Shown: piece by piece, positions 49,280 to 61,515 of the stretch
Numbering within the stretch: the stretch's first letter is position 1
Layout: every line of letters starts with the position of its first letter
Origin: Octopus vulgaris
Taxonomy: Eukaryota
Direction of reading: 5' to 3'
DNA length: 64,000 nt
Assembly: GCA_951406725.2 (NCBI GenBank)
Contig: OX597837.1
Span: forward strand, 13,516,001 to 13,580,000
Program-made: the position numbers and the translations under genes
The notes under the pieces: model-generated
Databases searched by the model: none
Seen by the model: the letters and a program-made list of their open reading frames with translations, nothing else
What the model was told of the DNA's origin: nothing

Positions 49280-49504
49280 GATATAACCTAGGTCTCCAGT
49301 TTGAGGATAATTTTCTCCCGCCAATCTTGGAGGCCCCGTAAAAGATCAGAAACCCTCTCTCCTAAATGTAAGATGTAAAACCTCAGTATATATGTATATT
49401 GGTGCGTGTATATATAAAGACAGAAAGAGAAATAAGGGAGATTCATATTTTTATCTAGTAATATGTTCCTTCTTTTAAGTGGTAGCTTAATGACTTTAAT
49501 AATA

Positions 49505-49868
49505 TATATGTATGTATATATTATATGTACGTATGTATATATATATGTATGTGTATATGTATATATGTGAATATGTATATGTATGTATATATGTGTATAT
49601 ATATGTATATATGTGTATATATGTGTATGTATATATATGTATGTATATATGAATATGTATATGTATGTATATATGTGTATATATATGTATATATTTATGT
49701 ATATGTATGTATATATTTATGTATATGTATGTATATATTTATGTATGTATATATTTATGTATATGTATGTATATATGTATGTGTGTGTATATGTATGTAT
49801 ATATTTATGTATATGTATGTATATATGTATGTGTGTGTATATATATGTATATATACACACATATACAC
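49505..49868. repeat. (TATG)/(TA) compound microsatellite
   Basis: Low-complexity purine-pyrimidine alternation. Confidence 0.95.
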
Positions 49869-50479
49869 TAAGCTGGAAGTTATGCTACAGACAGATATAT
49901 TTAATAATCATCTCGTTATTATAAAGATTCATCCCTGAAGTAATTTTGGCAAAACTAATTGAATATTGATTCTGATTATGTCAGCTGTATGATGATGATG
50001 ATGATGATGATGAACTTTGCTTGCAGTTTCTACAAAGTGAGTGCCTTCACTTCAACTATTTCTTGCATTACTGTCTCTTGTTTCTAGTGAATGTAAAAGA
50101 TTGTCCTGTGCAGAGCTCTGAATTTGGCAATAAGTATTTCAGTTATTTTTAATCAGTTTCCATTTCCTGTTAATATCAATAATCCATTTTTCCTCAGAGA
50201 AACAATTATTACATTTGCAGTAATTTAAAATATAAAAAAATCTTAGAAAAGTCCCGTCCAATCCATGGAAAGAAAAAAAAAAAACCGGACATAAATTTGA
50301 TTTGTTTGTAAATAATTTTTCTTTTTTATCGCCCACCCCAGTTAACTCTTGCTATCTCTGCAGCTAAAGTGACCAGTTCATTTCAATTCCATATTAAGTC
50401 CACCCCCCCACTTAATCATCTTGCCAAATTTCCAAGCCCAAACTCCTTAATAACTGTTCTAGGTACTTCTGTTCACATT

Positions 50480-50485
50480 AATAAA
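50480..50485 (+). terminator. Candidate distal polyA signal AATAAA (+ strand)
   Basis: AATAAA followed by T-rich sequence; function unproven. Confidence 0.25.
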
Positions 50486-50599
50486 GTTTTGATGAGCTGA
50501 GAGGAATTTTTAACAAATCAGATTATTTTTAATGTTATACATCTTATATATATATATACAGAGATATCAAAACTAAAACAGAAAAAAAAGTCATTGAAT

Positions 50600-50605
50600 T
50601 TTATT
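50600..50605 (-). terminator. Candidate POLR2F polyA signal
   Basis: AATAAA on the - strand about 940 nt after the stop, followed by a T-rich tract. Confidence 0.4.
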
Positions 50606-51544
50606 GTGTAGTCTTTATACACCCTCTCAAATCCAACTGTAAAATCTACTTCAGTTATTGGGTGGAAGTTTGAGAGATTGTGAAAAACTGACAGTTGGGT
50701 AATGAGTCATAAATCGGACACTACAGATTAGCCTGAAACTAATTAAATTAAGGATCTTCATTCTACCACTCTCCATACTGTGTAACATATTCGATAATTA
50801 TTTTTTTTTTCTTTAATTATTGTACCAGCTTCTTTTGTAATCAAAGTCTGGTGGTACAGTTGAACTAACTGGTTGAGAAACAAAATCCCTGTTTGTAGAA
50901 GTTTCTCATCATAAGCAATAAATAAAAAGTCCATACATAAATCAGTCATTGTTAAACAAATATAAAAAAAACAAAAACAATACATTGTAGGTTATTTAGC
51001 CACTGGACAACCTGGTGTCTTTTTAAATGTTCCACGTCTGGTCCTGTGCTTTGCGCCCCCCCGGCCCTTCTGTCACATGTGTAACAGGTTTCTGCAATTC
51101 GGTCAGATCTAAAGCCCTAATACACTTATTGTGCCAAACTGATATTCTTAACATCATCAGAAAAGGAAAACTAAAAAAAAAAAAAAAAAAAAAAAAACAA
51201 ACCTGTGTATTTTGCCATTTTAATTGTAAATTTTCTGCAATTTTATTTCAAAGAATAAAAAACAATATGAATCGTGTGTTTTTTTTTTTTAATTATTATT
51301 TCTAAGGGATGATTAGAACCGAGTTCTGCACTGTCTTTAGGTCACAAATTAACCCCTTAATTGTCAGCAGCCTGGCTTCTATGTTCAATGACATTATAAT
51401 GTTTGTAATGATGATGACGTCATCACAGGATGTGGAAAGTAGATGAATGATAATGTTATGCAAAATGACAATTGTATTTTCTGCCCATCAACAGATCACA
51501 TATTACACAGGAAGGGGTGGAAAAGGTGTATGTGGGGAGGGGTT

Positions 51545-51635
51545 TTATTCTGTGATGATCAGTTCATCAATCGCCCAATCTTCGTAGCTTCCGTCAGGTA
51601 AGTATCGGCGAATTATGATTGGAATTTTCCTCGCT
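51545..51635 (-). CDS. POLR2F: POLR2F exon 5 [29 protein letters not shown]
   Basis: gttgcag acceptor, RRYLPDGS motif, TAA stop. Confidence 0.97.
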
Positions 51636-54600
51636 CTGCAACAGATTGAACACAAGTTAACAATACCATCATCATTAAACCCTTTCGTTACTGTATTTAT
51701 TTCGAGCTGCTCTCTGTTTCTTTCAATTACTTTAAATATAACAAAGAATTTAGTAAAATAGCTTAATTATCATTTATTTTCCTAACACCACTTGATAATT
51801 ACAAATGAACATCAGCCGTACAATCGATGCCACTTCATTTCCATGTCTTTTTTCATTAATTATTCTTAGTCTTACAGCTTTGAGATTTCAATGCTGTGAA
51901 TGTTTATCTTCAGAACGACATTGCAGGGTAAGCGCAAGAGGCCAGGTCTGGCTCAGATTAATATAAAACCAGAAGAATATCTGAGTCTGATGTTGCCAGT
52001 TTAAATGCTAAGGGGCTGATCAAGATACCTTCCATCACATTCTAATTTAATGTTGCCTCAGTAAAATTTCTTTCCCGTCATAGTTTTAGCTTTGCTCCTG
52101 TACAAATTAAAATCTAGCATAAAACAGAGCAACTTATTATACGGATCAATACAGTGAATGGCACCCTTTCCTAGTTTATACAATTGAGAAACACATCTTT
52201 CAATCCTTTGATGCTTTCTACACAAAAATAAAATTCAAACAGAAGTACTGACCATATTAAAGCCACTCATCTTAATGCCACTAATCTAAGTTAATCAGAG
52301 AAATGGTTAATGAAAGTAAAACTTACTTGAGTTCCTTCATAGCTATCTGTAATGGATCTGTTTCACCTTCGAGTTCGACCATGACCGGAGCACACATCCT
52401 GCAGTTCAAAAAATGATTAAGTTTAGTCATTCATTACAAAATAGAAGACACAGGCATGGAGTGTGTGGCTGAGAAGTTTGTTTCTGAACCACAGGGTTTT
52501 GAGTTCAGTCCTACTGCGTGGCACCCACTACTAAAGTCCTGGGTTGACCAAAGTTTTGTGAGTGGATCTGGCAGACAGAAACTGAAAGAAGCACATTGTC
52601 ATTATCATTATTTAATGCCCATTTTCCATGCTGGCATCGGTTGGACAGTTTGGCTGGCAAACTGGCTCCAGTGTTTTGATATGGTTTCTAAAATTCAATG
52701 TTCTCTCTAAAGCCAACCATTTTTCAGAGTGTACCGAGTGCTTTTTACATGGCACCAACATGTACCCATATCTGCATGCTTGACATCACACAATTGTTGT
52801 AAAACCATTGACACTATCATAAAAACGGTGCCGTTTGTTTCCAATATTCTTCAAAAATATGTCCACACTTCCAACTTACAAAAGAATATATACCGTAAAT
52901 CCTCGAGTATAATACGCAGGGGATTTTTAGGGGGCTGTACCTCTGAAAAACCTAAAACTCGTGTATAATGCGCACCCCCTCTCTAACTTGAGTCGTGCGT
53001 AATTAAGCCAGCAGCACCTAGTCGAACAACCACTTCCGCGCATGCGTAATACAATAAAGGTGATGTTCTTAACTGTTATATGGGAATGTAAATATGTTTG
53101 CAAATTGTTTTTGTTACATGTTATTCTGTGTTCTGAATACTTTTATTTTAATAAATGTTGCTTACTGCAAGTTATGACTGATTCTTTTAAGATTCCATTG
53201 CTTTCAGGCTTAGCTTAAGGTATTTTCGCGTCCGACATCACAAAACGTGTCTGAATAAACACTGCCAGACAACAAATAGAGACTCGGACATTGCTTAGAA
53301 AATAATTTTCATTTTTAACCTCGTATATAGTATGCACTAAGGATTTTGACATCTAAATTTTGGGGGGAAAATGTGGATTATACTCGAGGATTTACGGTGA
53401 ATATAAAAATTAACAAAATGCAGAACAGAAAACATTACTCACGCTATTTGTAAGGCCCTCGTCCCAAGCACTCGAGCGCGTTCATATTTTGTCATAAATG
53501 GTGTTGTGATTCTTTTATCATGGTCCACTTTCAGAGATGCTTCACTGCTTGGAAGGATGTCAATATTTTCAGATTCCTGAAAATAAAGGAGGACAGAATG
53601 AAAAAAATAAAAAATATTTTTCTTTATATCAAGAGAAGGAGACAGTTCCAATACTCATGTCTCTTTCAAGAACGTCATTGGCATCAAGGGATTATAACAA
53701 TCAGCAAGGCACAGGCTTGGCTGTGTGGTTGAGAAACTTGCTTAACAACCATGTGGTGTCAGGCTCAGCCTTACTGGGCAGCACTTTGAGCAAGTGTCAT
53801 CTACAATAGTCCTGGGCCAACCAAAGCATTGTCAGGAGATTTGGCAAGTAAAGACCAAAAGAAGCCCTTCATTTAAGTGTGTCTTTACACCATGTGATGG
53901 TTGTAAGCGAGCACAGAGTGGTACCCCTTTAATCAACCCCTGAAATGATCAAAAGCAGAGTTGATCATAGTGGGATTTGAACTCAGAGCATAGAGAGTCA
54001 AAAGAAACACAACCAGGCATTCTAACCAATACTGCAATGACCCAGGCCAATTCACCATCAAGGCCGGTGCTTCTTAACCATTTTTTGACCATGGACCTTT
54101 TTGATTCCCGTTTGATTCCATGTTTATAAAAAAAAAAAATCTTAGTGTATTTTTACAATATTATTAGGAATTGTATAAAAAGAAAATTAAAACATTTTGT
54201 GTATTGTACAAGTGTAGCCAGTTTGTGAAGGCACATGGCCTAGTGGTTAGGCCGTTGCACTCACGATCACCAGGTTGTGGTCTCAATTCCCAGATAGGGC
54301 GACGCGTTATGTTCTTCAGCAAAACACTCCAGTACTCTTTTCAACCAGTGGGGAATGTCGGCCTGCTCTCACCTAGCCAGTGGGGTGACGTCACTCAAAG
54401 GCCAAAACAACACAAAGCACATTGTGACCAGCGATGTGTAACAACATTTAATAGCCTGGTCGGTCACAGGCTATCAGATGATGTTATTTATTGCACATAA
54501 ATTTTAACAACAAAACACCTGGACGTCCAAGAGTCATACGGACCCCCAACTGAGAACCACTGATCTCGGCTTAAGTCTGCTAAGAAAGTACAACTCACCT

Positions 54601-56671
54601 CAGGGTTTTCAATTGGTTCATCCAAAGGCTCTTCATCATAAGCAGTGTCTAAGTCTTCCAACCTAAAAATAAAATTACTCAGATGTACTGTTCATTTATA
54701 TGTTTGTTTTACGTCCGTTTTTCCATGCTAGCATGGGTTGGACAATACTTATTATTGAGACATCGTTTCATACCTGTTTTTCAAGTAAGGAATGTTGGAT
54801 CTTTTCGCTTTGACCGGCAGATTTTTAAAATAAATTCATATGACACCGCAAATAATTGTTGTTGACAAAGAACCGGAGAAATTGTATTCCCCTTGTCTAT
54901 GAAAGTGAAGAGTTACAGGTCAATTTGTCAGCAGAAACACCATCAACATGACACAGTGTTTGCTGAAGTTGATAATTTTGCCTCCAAATTACATGGTTTT
55001 GGGTTCAATCCCACAGCGTGGCACAGCATCTTGGAGAAGTGTCTTCTACTCTAGCCCCAGGTTGACTGAGTGGATTTGGTAGACAGACTCTGAGAGAAGC
55101 CCATCATATAATAAATGAGTGTAGATAGATAGATAGGTAGACAGACTTTTGATCATTTCAGGGGTTGATTAAAGGGGTACCAATCTGTGCCCGTTTACAA
55201 CCATCACATGGTGTAAAGACACACTTAATTGAAGGGCTTCTTTTGGTTTTCACCACAGGCACAATGGGTTTTAGTAGTTACTGTCAAATTTCATCTACAA
55301 AGCATTAATGCATTCTTGAGACTATAGCAGAAGACACACCCAGAGGGCCGTGCAATGGATCCAAAGTGGAACTGCTTAACCACAGCCTTTTATAGTCTTG
55401 TGGTAGTCTACAGCAAGAGTAAATGTATGCAGACGTGGCTACATTAGTTTCAAATTTTGGCACAAGGCCAGCAATTTTGAGGGAGGAGGCAAGTCAATTA
55501 CATCAATCCCCAGTATTCAACTGGTACTTGTTTTATTGATCCTGAAAGGATGAACAGCAAAATCGACCAGTCAATATAAAGATCCTCACCCGGGAACAAA
55601 AAACAAAATCGACCATCCTGGGGGGTTTTAACAAGTATGTGGAAAACGAATATGAATAAAAATGCGCGCTTACAACCCTTGGTGGGTGACTTTCGGAAAA
55701 TTCAAAAGATCCGATTTTTCTGTCATAACTTCCGGTAAAATGGATATATATTGTTTTTGTTTTTTTTTATGGAATCCCATGTTTTTGGTTATGGAGGATC
55801 CGATTCTGAACAAAATTTTTTTTTCAAAAAATTCCATTTTCAAAATTTCAGTTACACCCCACATTTTTTACTTTTCCTGGAAATTTTTCTTTTTGCGAAA
55901 TACATAGAAAAATACGAAGATTATGATTCTGAAAAAAATTTGAAATCTAAATTTGAATTTGTTTATTTTTTCCATATCCTTAATCTCCGTATATTCCCAT
56001 GTAGATTGATGGGGGAAAAAATCCGAAAAAAGGTTTTTTTAAAAAAATTTTAAAAAGAAAATTTGAGAAAAAGAAACCCACTTTAATTTCCCATTAGTAG
56101 ATTGATTGCCTTATGTTACCGTAGTTTTGTGAGATTTGGCTGTTATTTCTAGTATGTGGACAGTGGACAAAATGCTGCCAAGTATTTTGCCTAGCCTGCT
56201 AACAATTCTGCCAACTCAACAATTTATACACGGCTAGATAAGTTGTATGTGCATAAAATACATGGGATTCGATTGGATCTTAGGAAGTACAGCTCTATGA
56301 TAATAGTGAACGAAGTTTCCATTCTCAGTTGGAAGTCTTCCCCTGTATTTCTGATGCTCTTGTGAAAATATGAACTTCAGTTCTAGAAATCTAATCCCAC
56401 TTTTTAAAACTACACCTTTTTCACCTGATCCAAAACATCACTCACACTGCTGAAGTGATTCACAATGATCAGGTGAGTCATGGAAGAATGAAGAGTTAAT
56501 TATAGGTGTGGTAAGAAGCTTGCTTACCAACCACATGGTTCCAGGTTCAGTCCTACTGTGTGGCACCTTGGGTAAGTGTCTTTTACTATAGCCTCGTGCC
56601 GACCAAAGCCTTGTAAGTGGATTTGGTAGGTAGACAGAAACTGAAAGAAACCCCTCTTGTGTTTATATGTG

Positions 56672-56710
<39 letters not shown>

Positions 56711-58480
56711 TTAGAGACAAAACCACTATTTTGCAAATCAAACAAAGAAAGACTTAATCCAATACATAAACAAATTTAATATAAATTAAATAAAATTAAA
56801 TTCGCCACTACAATTATTTCTCAGATCTTCTATTCAATTTTAACTTAAAATTGAATAGAAGATCTGAAATCCACCTGATGAATGTCCTTAGAGACACGAA
56901 ATAATTGTAGTGGCAAATTTAATTTTATTTAATTTATATTAAATTTTTTTATGTATTGGATTAAGTCTTTCTTTGTTTGATTTGCAAAATAGTGGTTTTG
57001 TCTCTAATTAATATTATATAATATTTTACTATAAAATTGGATTCAATCCTAAATCTGATTTTTCCCTGTAAATTTGGATTTATTCCCTAATATTTATTAT
57101 TATATATATATATGTATGTGTGTTTGTCTCTAACCACCATCGCTTGACAACTGATGTTAGTGTGTTTAGATTGCCGTAACTTAACAGTTCGGCAAAAATA
57201 ACTGATAGGCGTAGGAGTGGCCGTGTGGTAAGTAACTTGCTTACGAGCCACATGGTTTCGGGTTCAGTCCCACTGCGTGGCACCTTGGGCAAGTGTCTTC
57301 TACTATAGCCTCGGGTCGACCAAAGCCTTATGAGTGGATTTGGTAGACAGAAACTGAAAGAAGCCCGTCGTATATATGTATGTGTATACGTTTGTGTCTG
57401 TGCTTGCACCCCCAACATCGCTTGGAAACCGATGTTGGTGTGTTTATGTCCCCGTAACTTAGCGGTTCGGCAAGAGAGACCGATAGAATAAGTACAAGGA
57501 TTACAAAGAATAAGTCCTAGGGTCGATTTGCTCGACTAAAGGTGGTGCTCCAGCATGGCCACAGTCAAAAATGAAACGAAAGAATAAGCATTCACTGGGT
57601 CTTAAGAGCCAACTCTACGTGTTTGCTCAACAACCAACAACGAAACCTCTTCGCTGTATTGACTGCGATTCGAACTTCTTAACCACAGAATCAAACCTCT
57701 GCACCTGGCTCTAATATTCGGACCTTTCGAAAGATTAACTCAGTAACAAGATACATTGTTCCCTAATACTGTGACTTCTCCCCCACCTCATTATCTCATT
57801 TCGCAGGAACCGCAAAAGACCAAGGGTGCAGTTCTCCTCTTCTGACCAAGCCATGAAATAATATACACTGTACGATTCTAAAAAATGAATCCCATGTGAC
57901 ATCATGACTGGTTTGTTTATTTCAATTAAGTACATCAAGGAATGTGTTTATATCGCAACAGATTCCAATATATTGACTTGACTTGAAATGAATAAACAAC
58001 AGACGACCAATGCAGACAATTTAATGTTTAAACAAAAGCGGAAAATATCGTCTTTACACGAGGGACGTTTGTTTGAGTGAATCTCAGTCTCGAGTGTCCG
58101 TTTATTCTTCGGCCCAATAAATATAAAGTGAAGACTAAACAAAGGAAATGCAACCACAAACGAAATATAAACGATAACATTTGCAACTTCACATCATTAA
58201 ATAATTATGGAATACGTCCGAAACTGTTATTTCACAGAATGGAATAAATGTTTTTTAAAAGAACCTCTTCTTCTTTACATGAGCTCAGAAAAATACTTCT
58301 GAATGTGTATAAGAAATGATGTCTTTGTAAACGTAAGTAAAAGAGAAAACAGGAATAGTTCAAAGCAGAATGTTTCAACGATATTTTCATGTATTAAATA
58401 AAAGTTTGAGACCAAATATTATTAATTTAAAGGAAAAGAATTTTCACTCACTGTTCGCCGACATCGTCGCCGTCCGCCAT
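51545..58480 (-). CDS. POLR2F: DNA-directed RNA polymerases I, II, III subunit RPABC2 (RPB6), complete 5-exon gene, 129 aa
   Basis: Exons join to 390 nt: [15 protein letters not shown]...[77 protein letters not shown]. Confidence 0.97.
52327..52398 (-). CDS. POLR2F: POLR2F exon 4 [23 protein letters not shown](K)
   Basis: ctgcag / gtaagt, phase 2-2. Confidence 0.97.
52893..53397. mobile_element. Tc2/pogo-like MITE in POLR2F intron 3
   Basis: Perfect 21-bp TIRs CCGTAAATCCTCGAGTATAAT / ATTATACTCGAGGATTTACGG; TA on the left, TG on the right. Confidence 0.8.
53443..53576 (-). CDS. POLR2F: POLR2F exon 3 ESENID...[17 protein letters not shown](A)
   Basis: ttttcag / gtgagt, RPB6 signature. Confidence 0.97.
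54065..54562. mobile_element. hAT-like MITE interrupted by a SINE
   Basis: Ends cggtgcttcttaacc / tgagaaccactg, flanks atcaaggc / atctcggc, SINE at about 54226-54470. Confidence 0.55.
54599..54662 (-). CDS. POLR2F: POLR2F exon 2 [21 protein letters not shown]
   Basis: tttttag / gtgagt, phase 2-0, acidic N-terminal tail. Confidence 0.9.
56698..57100. mobile_element. Penelope-like pLTR remnant with inverted partial copy
   Basis: 123-bp inverted arms 56698-56820 / 56898-57020, hammerhead motif, inserted in a (TA)n tract of an older SINE. Confidence 0.7.
56871..56913 (+). ncRNA. Penelope-type minimal hammerhead ribozyme motif
   Basis: CCAC-CTGATGA-A TGTC(CTTAGA)GACA C-GAAA-TAATTG-TA-GTGG. Confidence 0.7.
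57208..57582 (+). mobile_element. SINE family A nested in an older copy
   Basis: GGCGTAGGAGTGGCCGTGTGG head, GGTTCAGTCC B box. Confidence 0.85.
58452..58480 (-). CDS. POLR2F: POLR2F exon 1 MADGDDVGE(Q)
   Basis: aaaATGG start context, gtgagt donor, phase 2. Confidence 0.88.
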
Positions 58481-58650
58481 TTTGCAAATAAGGGAAGTAA
58501 CTGGTGTGAAGACGGTGTCGTAGGGAAAACAGTCACCTGACTAACAGAGTTCCGGGTTTCTTGGGTTGAACAAGAGAATCCAATGTGTTCACAAATACAC
58601 CTCAACATACAACGTTTCGAGATACGTCTTCTGCGATTTTACGTCGTTGT
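58473..58650 (-). promoter_or_regulatory. Probable POLR2F promoter / 5'UTR
   Basis: Locally CpG-rich. YY1-like AAAATGGCGG overlaps the ATG, with an ETS-like CCGGAA near 58550. Confidence 0.5.
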
Positions 58651-58685
58651 CTTAAGAATTTTCCTTGAAATTTACAATAGGGAGA

Positions 58686-60058
58686 GAGGGGTCCGGACAA
58701 AAGCCCCCTAGAACGAAAGTCCCCTGGGATGAAAGTCCCACCCCCGGACAAAGCCCCACGGTTATATTTTTAGGCTATTTTTTCGTTTTTAGAATTTTTA
58801 GTTGAATGAATCGATCCCAATATTTTTTTTCTTTTTTACTTGTTGCAGACTGCAGCCGGCCATGCTGGGGCACTACCTCGAAGAATTTTCAGAAGGCTGT
58901 ATGGAACACAGAATATTTTAAAACCTTGATCAAAAACACTTCTGTGATATAATTCAACTTTGTTTTTCTTTTGACTTGTTGCCGTCATCAGACTGTGGCC
59001 ATGCTGGGGCACCACCTTGAGGAACTTTTAGTCGACCCCAGAATTCTTTTAGATGATTTTCAATCAGCGCATAAAGTTAAGCCTAGAAGGGCTCCCGACA
59101 TGCTAGAAATAACAGCCAAATCTCTTGAAATTTTTTCATAACCTACCTCGGTTACATTTTTTGGTTATTCTTCGTTTTTTTTCCTTTTTTTCTAAAAATC
59201 TTTTTACTTGTTTCAGTCACTGGAACGCGGCCATGCTGGGGCACCGCTTCGAAGAATTTTTAGTTGAATGCATCGACCCCAGAATTTTTTTAGGTGATTT
59301 TCAACCAGAACATAAAGTTAAGCCTAGAAGGTCTATCCATGTGCTAAAAATAACAGCTAATTCTTACAAATCTTTTTTTTTTTTTAATTTCACGTAAACA
59401 AAAACGGAAATCGTGGTTGTAAAAAAAAGTTATTTTCCAAAATTCCAATTTTTAAGTAAACAAGATATATTCAATAGAAAAGCGGTGTCAAAACATATAA
59501 GTCCCTAACAATGGTATGTTCCGTGTGTTTGCTCGTATTTAAAATACGTTTGAATGACTAGCCTTCTGTTAGACCTTCAATGGCCGGAGAAAGTTCAAAA
59601 GGTCAACTTATTCTCATTAATCTGTAAATGCTGAGAGAAGAAAACAAAAGACTTTAAATATATATTTTAAAATGCTGATTTTTTGCAACCAAAAATTCTT
59701 CAACCTAGTGCCCCAGCATGGCCGCAGTCGAATGACTGAAACAAGTAAAAAAATTTTTTTAAATATAAAAAAACCCCAAGGGGTTTATAAAAAGATTTCA
59801 AGAGATTTGGTTGTTGTTTCTAGCATGTGGAGATACCTCCTAGGTTTAACTTCATGTGCTGGTTAAAAATCATAAAAAAAAAATTCTGGGGTCGTTACAT
59901 TCAACTAAAAGTCTTCAAGATGGTGCCCCAGCATGGCCACAGTCTACTAACAGCAACAAGTAAAAGGTGAAAAGAACAAAAAAATTACTCGAAAAATATA
60001 ACCATGGGGCCTTTGTCCTAGGGGAGCCTACATCCTAGGGTGCTTTTGTCCTACACTC
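58686..60058. mobile_element. Foldback-type DNA element with long imperfect inverted arms built from SINE-tail modules
   Basis: Terminal GGACAAAAGCCCC subrepeats; about 58750-59370 is inverted relative to 59690-60020; partial third arm at 60964-61070. Confidence 0.6.
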
Positions 60059-60435
60059 ACAGTAAATATTGGAGCAGTTATACTTTGAAAAGAAAACTTC
60101 TGGATAACTGAAATGGCTTAAGTCAGAAGACTCGTTGTAGATATATTTACACATGCTTACGATGGAAAGCTTACTGGTCTGAAATGGTCTTTTGCACGAC
60201 ATGTTTAGCAGAAAGGGTCATGGGTGGAAGTGGCAAATTGACCGAGTGGACACTACGTCCAGAAAAGAAGAAAGGGGAGAAGACTATGCAGAGGTTGGAA
60301 AGAAGACTTTATTAGATTCTTTGGCACCCAAACATGGATGAAGAAAACATTGGACTGTAGATGGTGGAGAGAATATGCTGAGGCCTTCGTCCAGTAATGG
60401 ACTGGACATATGCAAGGATGGCGACAGAATGCTTA

Positions 60436-60663
60436 GGCGGCAAGCTGGCAGAATCGTTAGCACGCCGGGCGAAATGCTTAGCGGTATTTCGTCTGCCGTT
60501 ACGTTCTGAGTTCAAATTCCGCTGAGGTCGACTTTGCCGTTCCTCCTTTCGGGGTCGATAAATTAAGGACCAGTTACGCACTGGAGTCGATATAATCGAC
60601 TTAATCCATTTGTCTGTCCTTGTTTGTCCCCTTGTGGGTAATAAAAAAAAAAAATTTAAAAAA
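60436..60663 (+). mobile_element. tRNA-derived SINE family B with TSD
   Basis: GGCGGCAAGCTGGCAGAATCG head, GAGTTCAAATTCC B box, A tail, TSD agaatgctta(ggc). Other copies: 10371-10600(-), 15332-15540(-), 37403-37780(-, dimer), 49068-49250(+), 62523-62748(-), 63895-64000(+). Confidence 0.85.
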
Positions 60664-61073
60664 AGAATGCTTAGGCAGGTAATTTAACCAGTTTGCACAC
60701 AACAATACAAACTTGATTTCAACTCTGATGAGGTGACACTAATCTGCCATACTCAAGTTCCTCAGTTCTCCTTAAATAAGTTTTATACATATAAGCAGTT
60801 GTGCATATATATAAGCAGTTGTGTATATATATGTAGGGCCCTGCTTGGCCCTGCCCAAGATTTGAAACCAAATCCACCTTCTTGTTGCTTGTCAAAACGA
60901 GAAATCTTTGTTCTATCAAGAAGGAACATTGACTGATGTGTTTCCACTCGACCCCATGAAAGTGGACAAAAGCCCCATGGTTATATTTTTCGATTATTTT
61001 TTTGTCTTTTATTTTTCACCTTTTACTTGTTGCGGTAATTAGACTGTGGCCATGCTGGGGCACCACCTTGCAG

Positions 61074-61515
61074 TGTCAGGAAGAGTTCAAATGGACAGCA
61101 AGTTACCTAGATGAGTATAAGCTGTTCTTATAATGGCATATTTCCATCTTTCTAGCTGGAATGTGCTATTATAAATACCAGCGCTCTGTAGACAGGAAAT
61201 TAGAGACAGCCTCAACCACCAAACTGTGAACTGTTCTTGGCTGCCGCAACCGAACGCGATGACACAGACAACTCCAGCTTTCCAGCAACAAATACAACCG
61301 ACCTGCCAGTCACTCTCTACCTCTTTCTCACTGGCTTACAGGCATCTTCACTCCATCAATTTACTGCTGAGAACAACAGGGTACACATAAAGCACGCCTG
61401 CCCATTGTGGTTTGGCATTCAGAAAAAGTAACTGTAAATAAAATTTGGTCATCACAACTTCAGCCATTGCCTTCTTTCTTGGAATCAGCATCAGCATCTG
61501 CAACACTTCTTCACA
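61074..61515 (+). mobile_element. Probable retrotransposon LTR with PBS stub
   Basis: TG...CA ends, TIR TGTCAGGAAG / CTTCTTCACA, TATAAATA 61170, AATAAA 61437, TGGCAACCG 2 nt downstream. Confidence 0.55.

Noticed and set aside
55580-56090. ORFs and DNA-transposon-like AT-rich block
   Set aside because: Probably a TE remnant, but I could not define TIRs, a TSD or protein similarity.
60721-60770. CTGATGA with stem I/II potential (possible fifth hammerhead)
   Set aside because: The GAAA core is absent; at best a dead relic.
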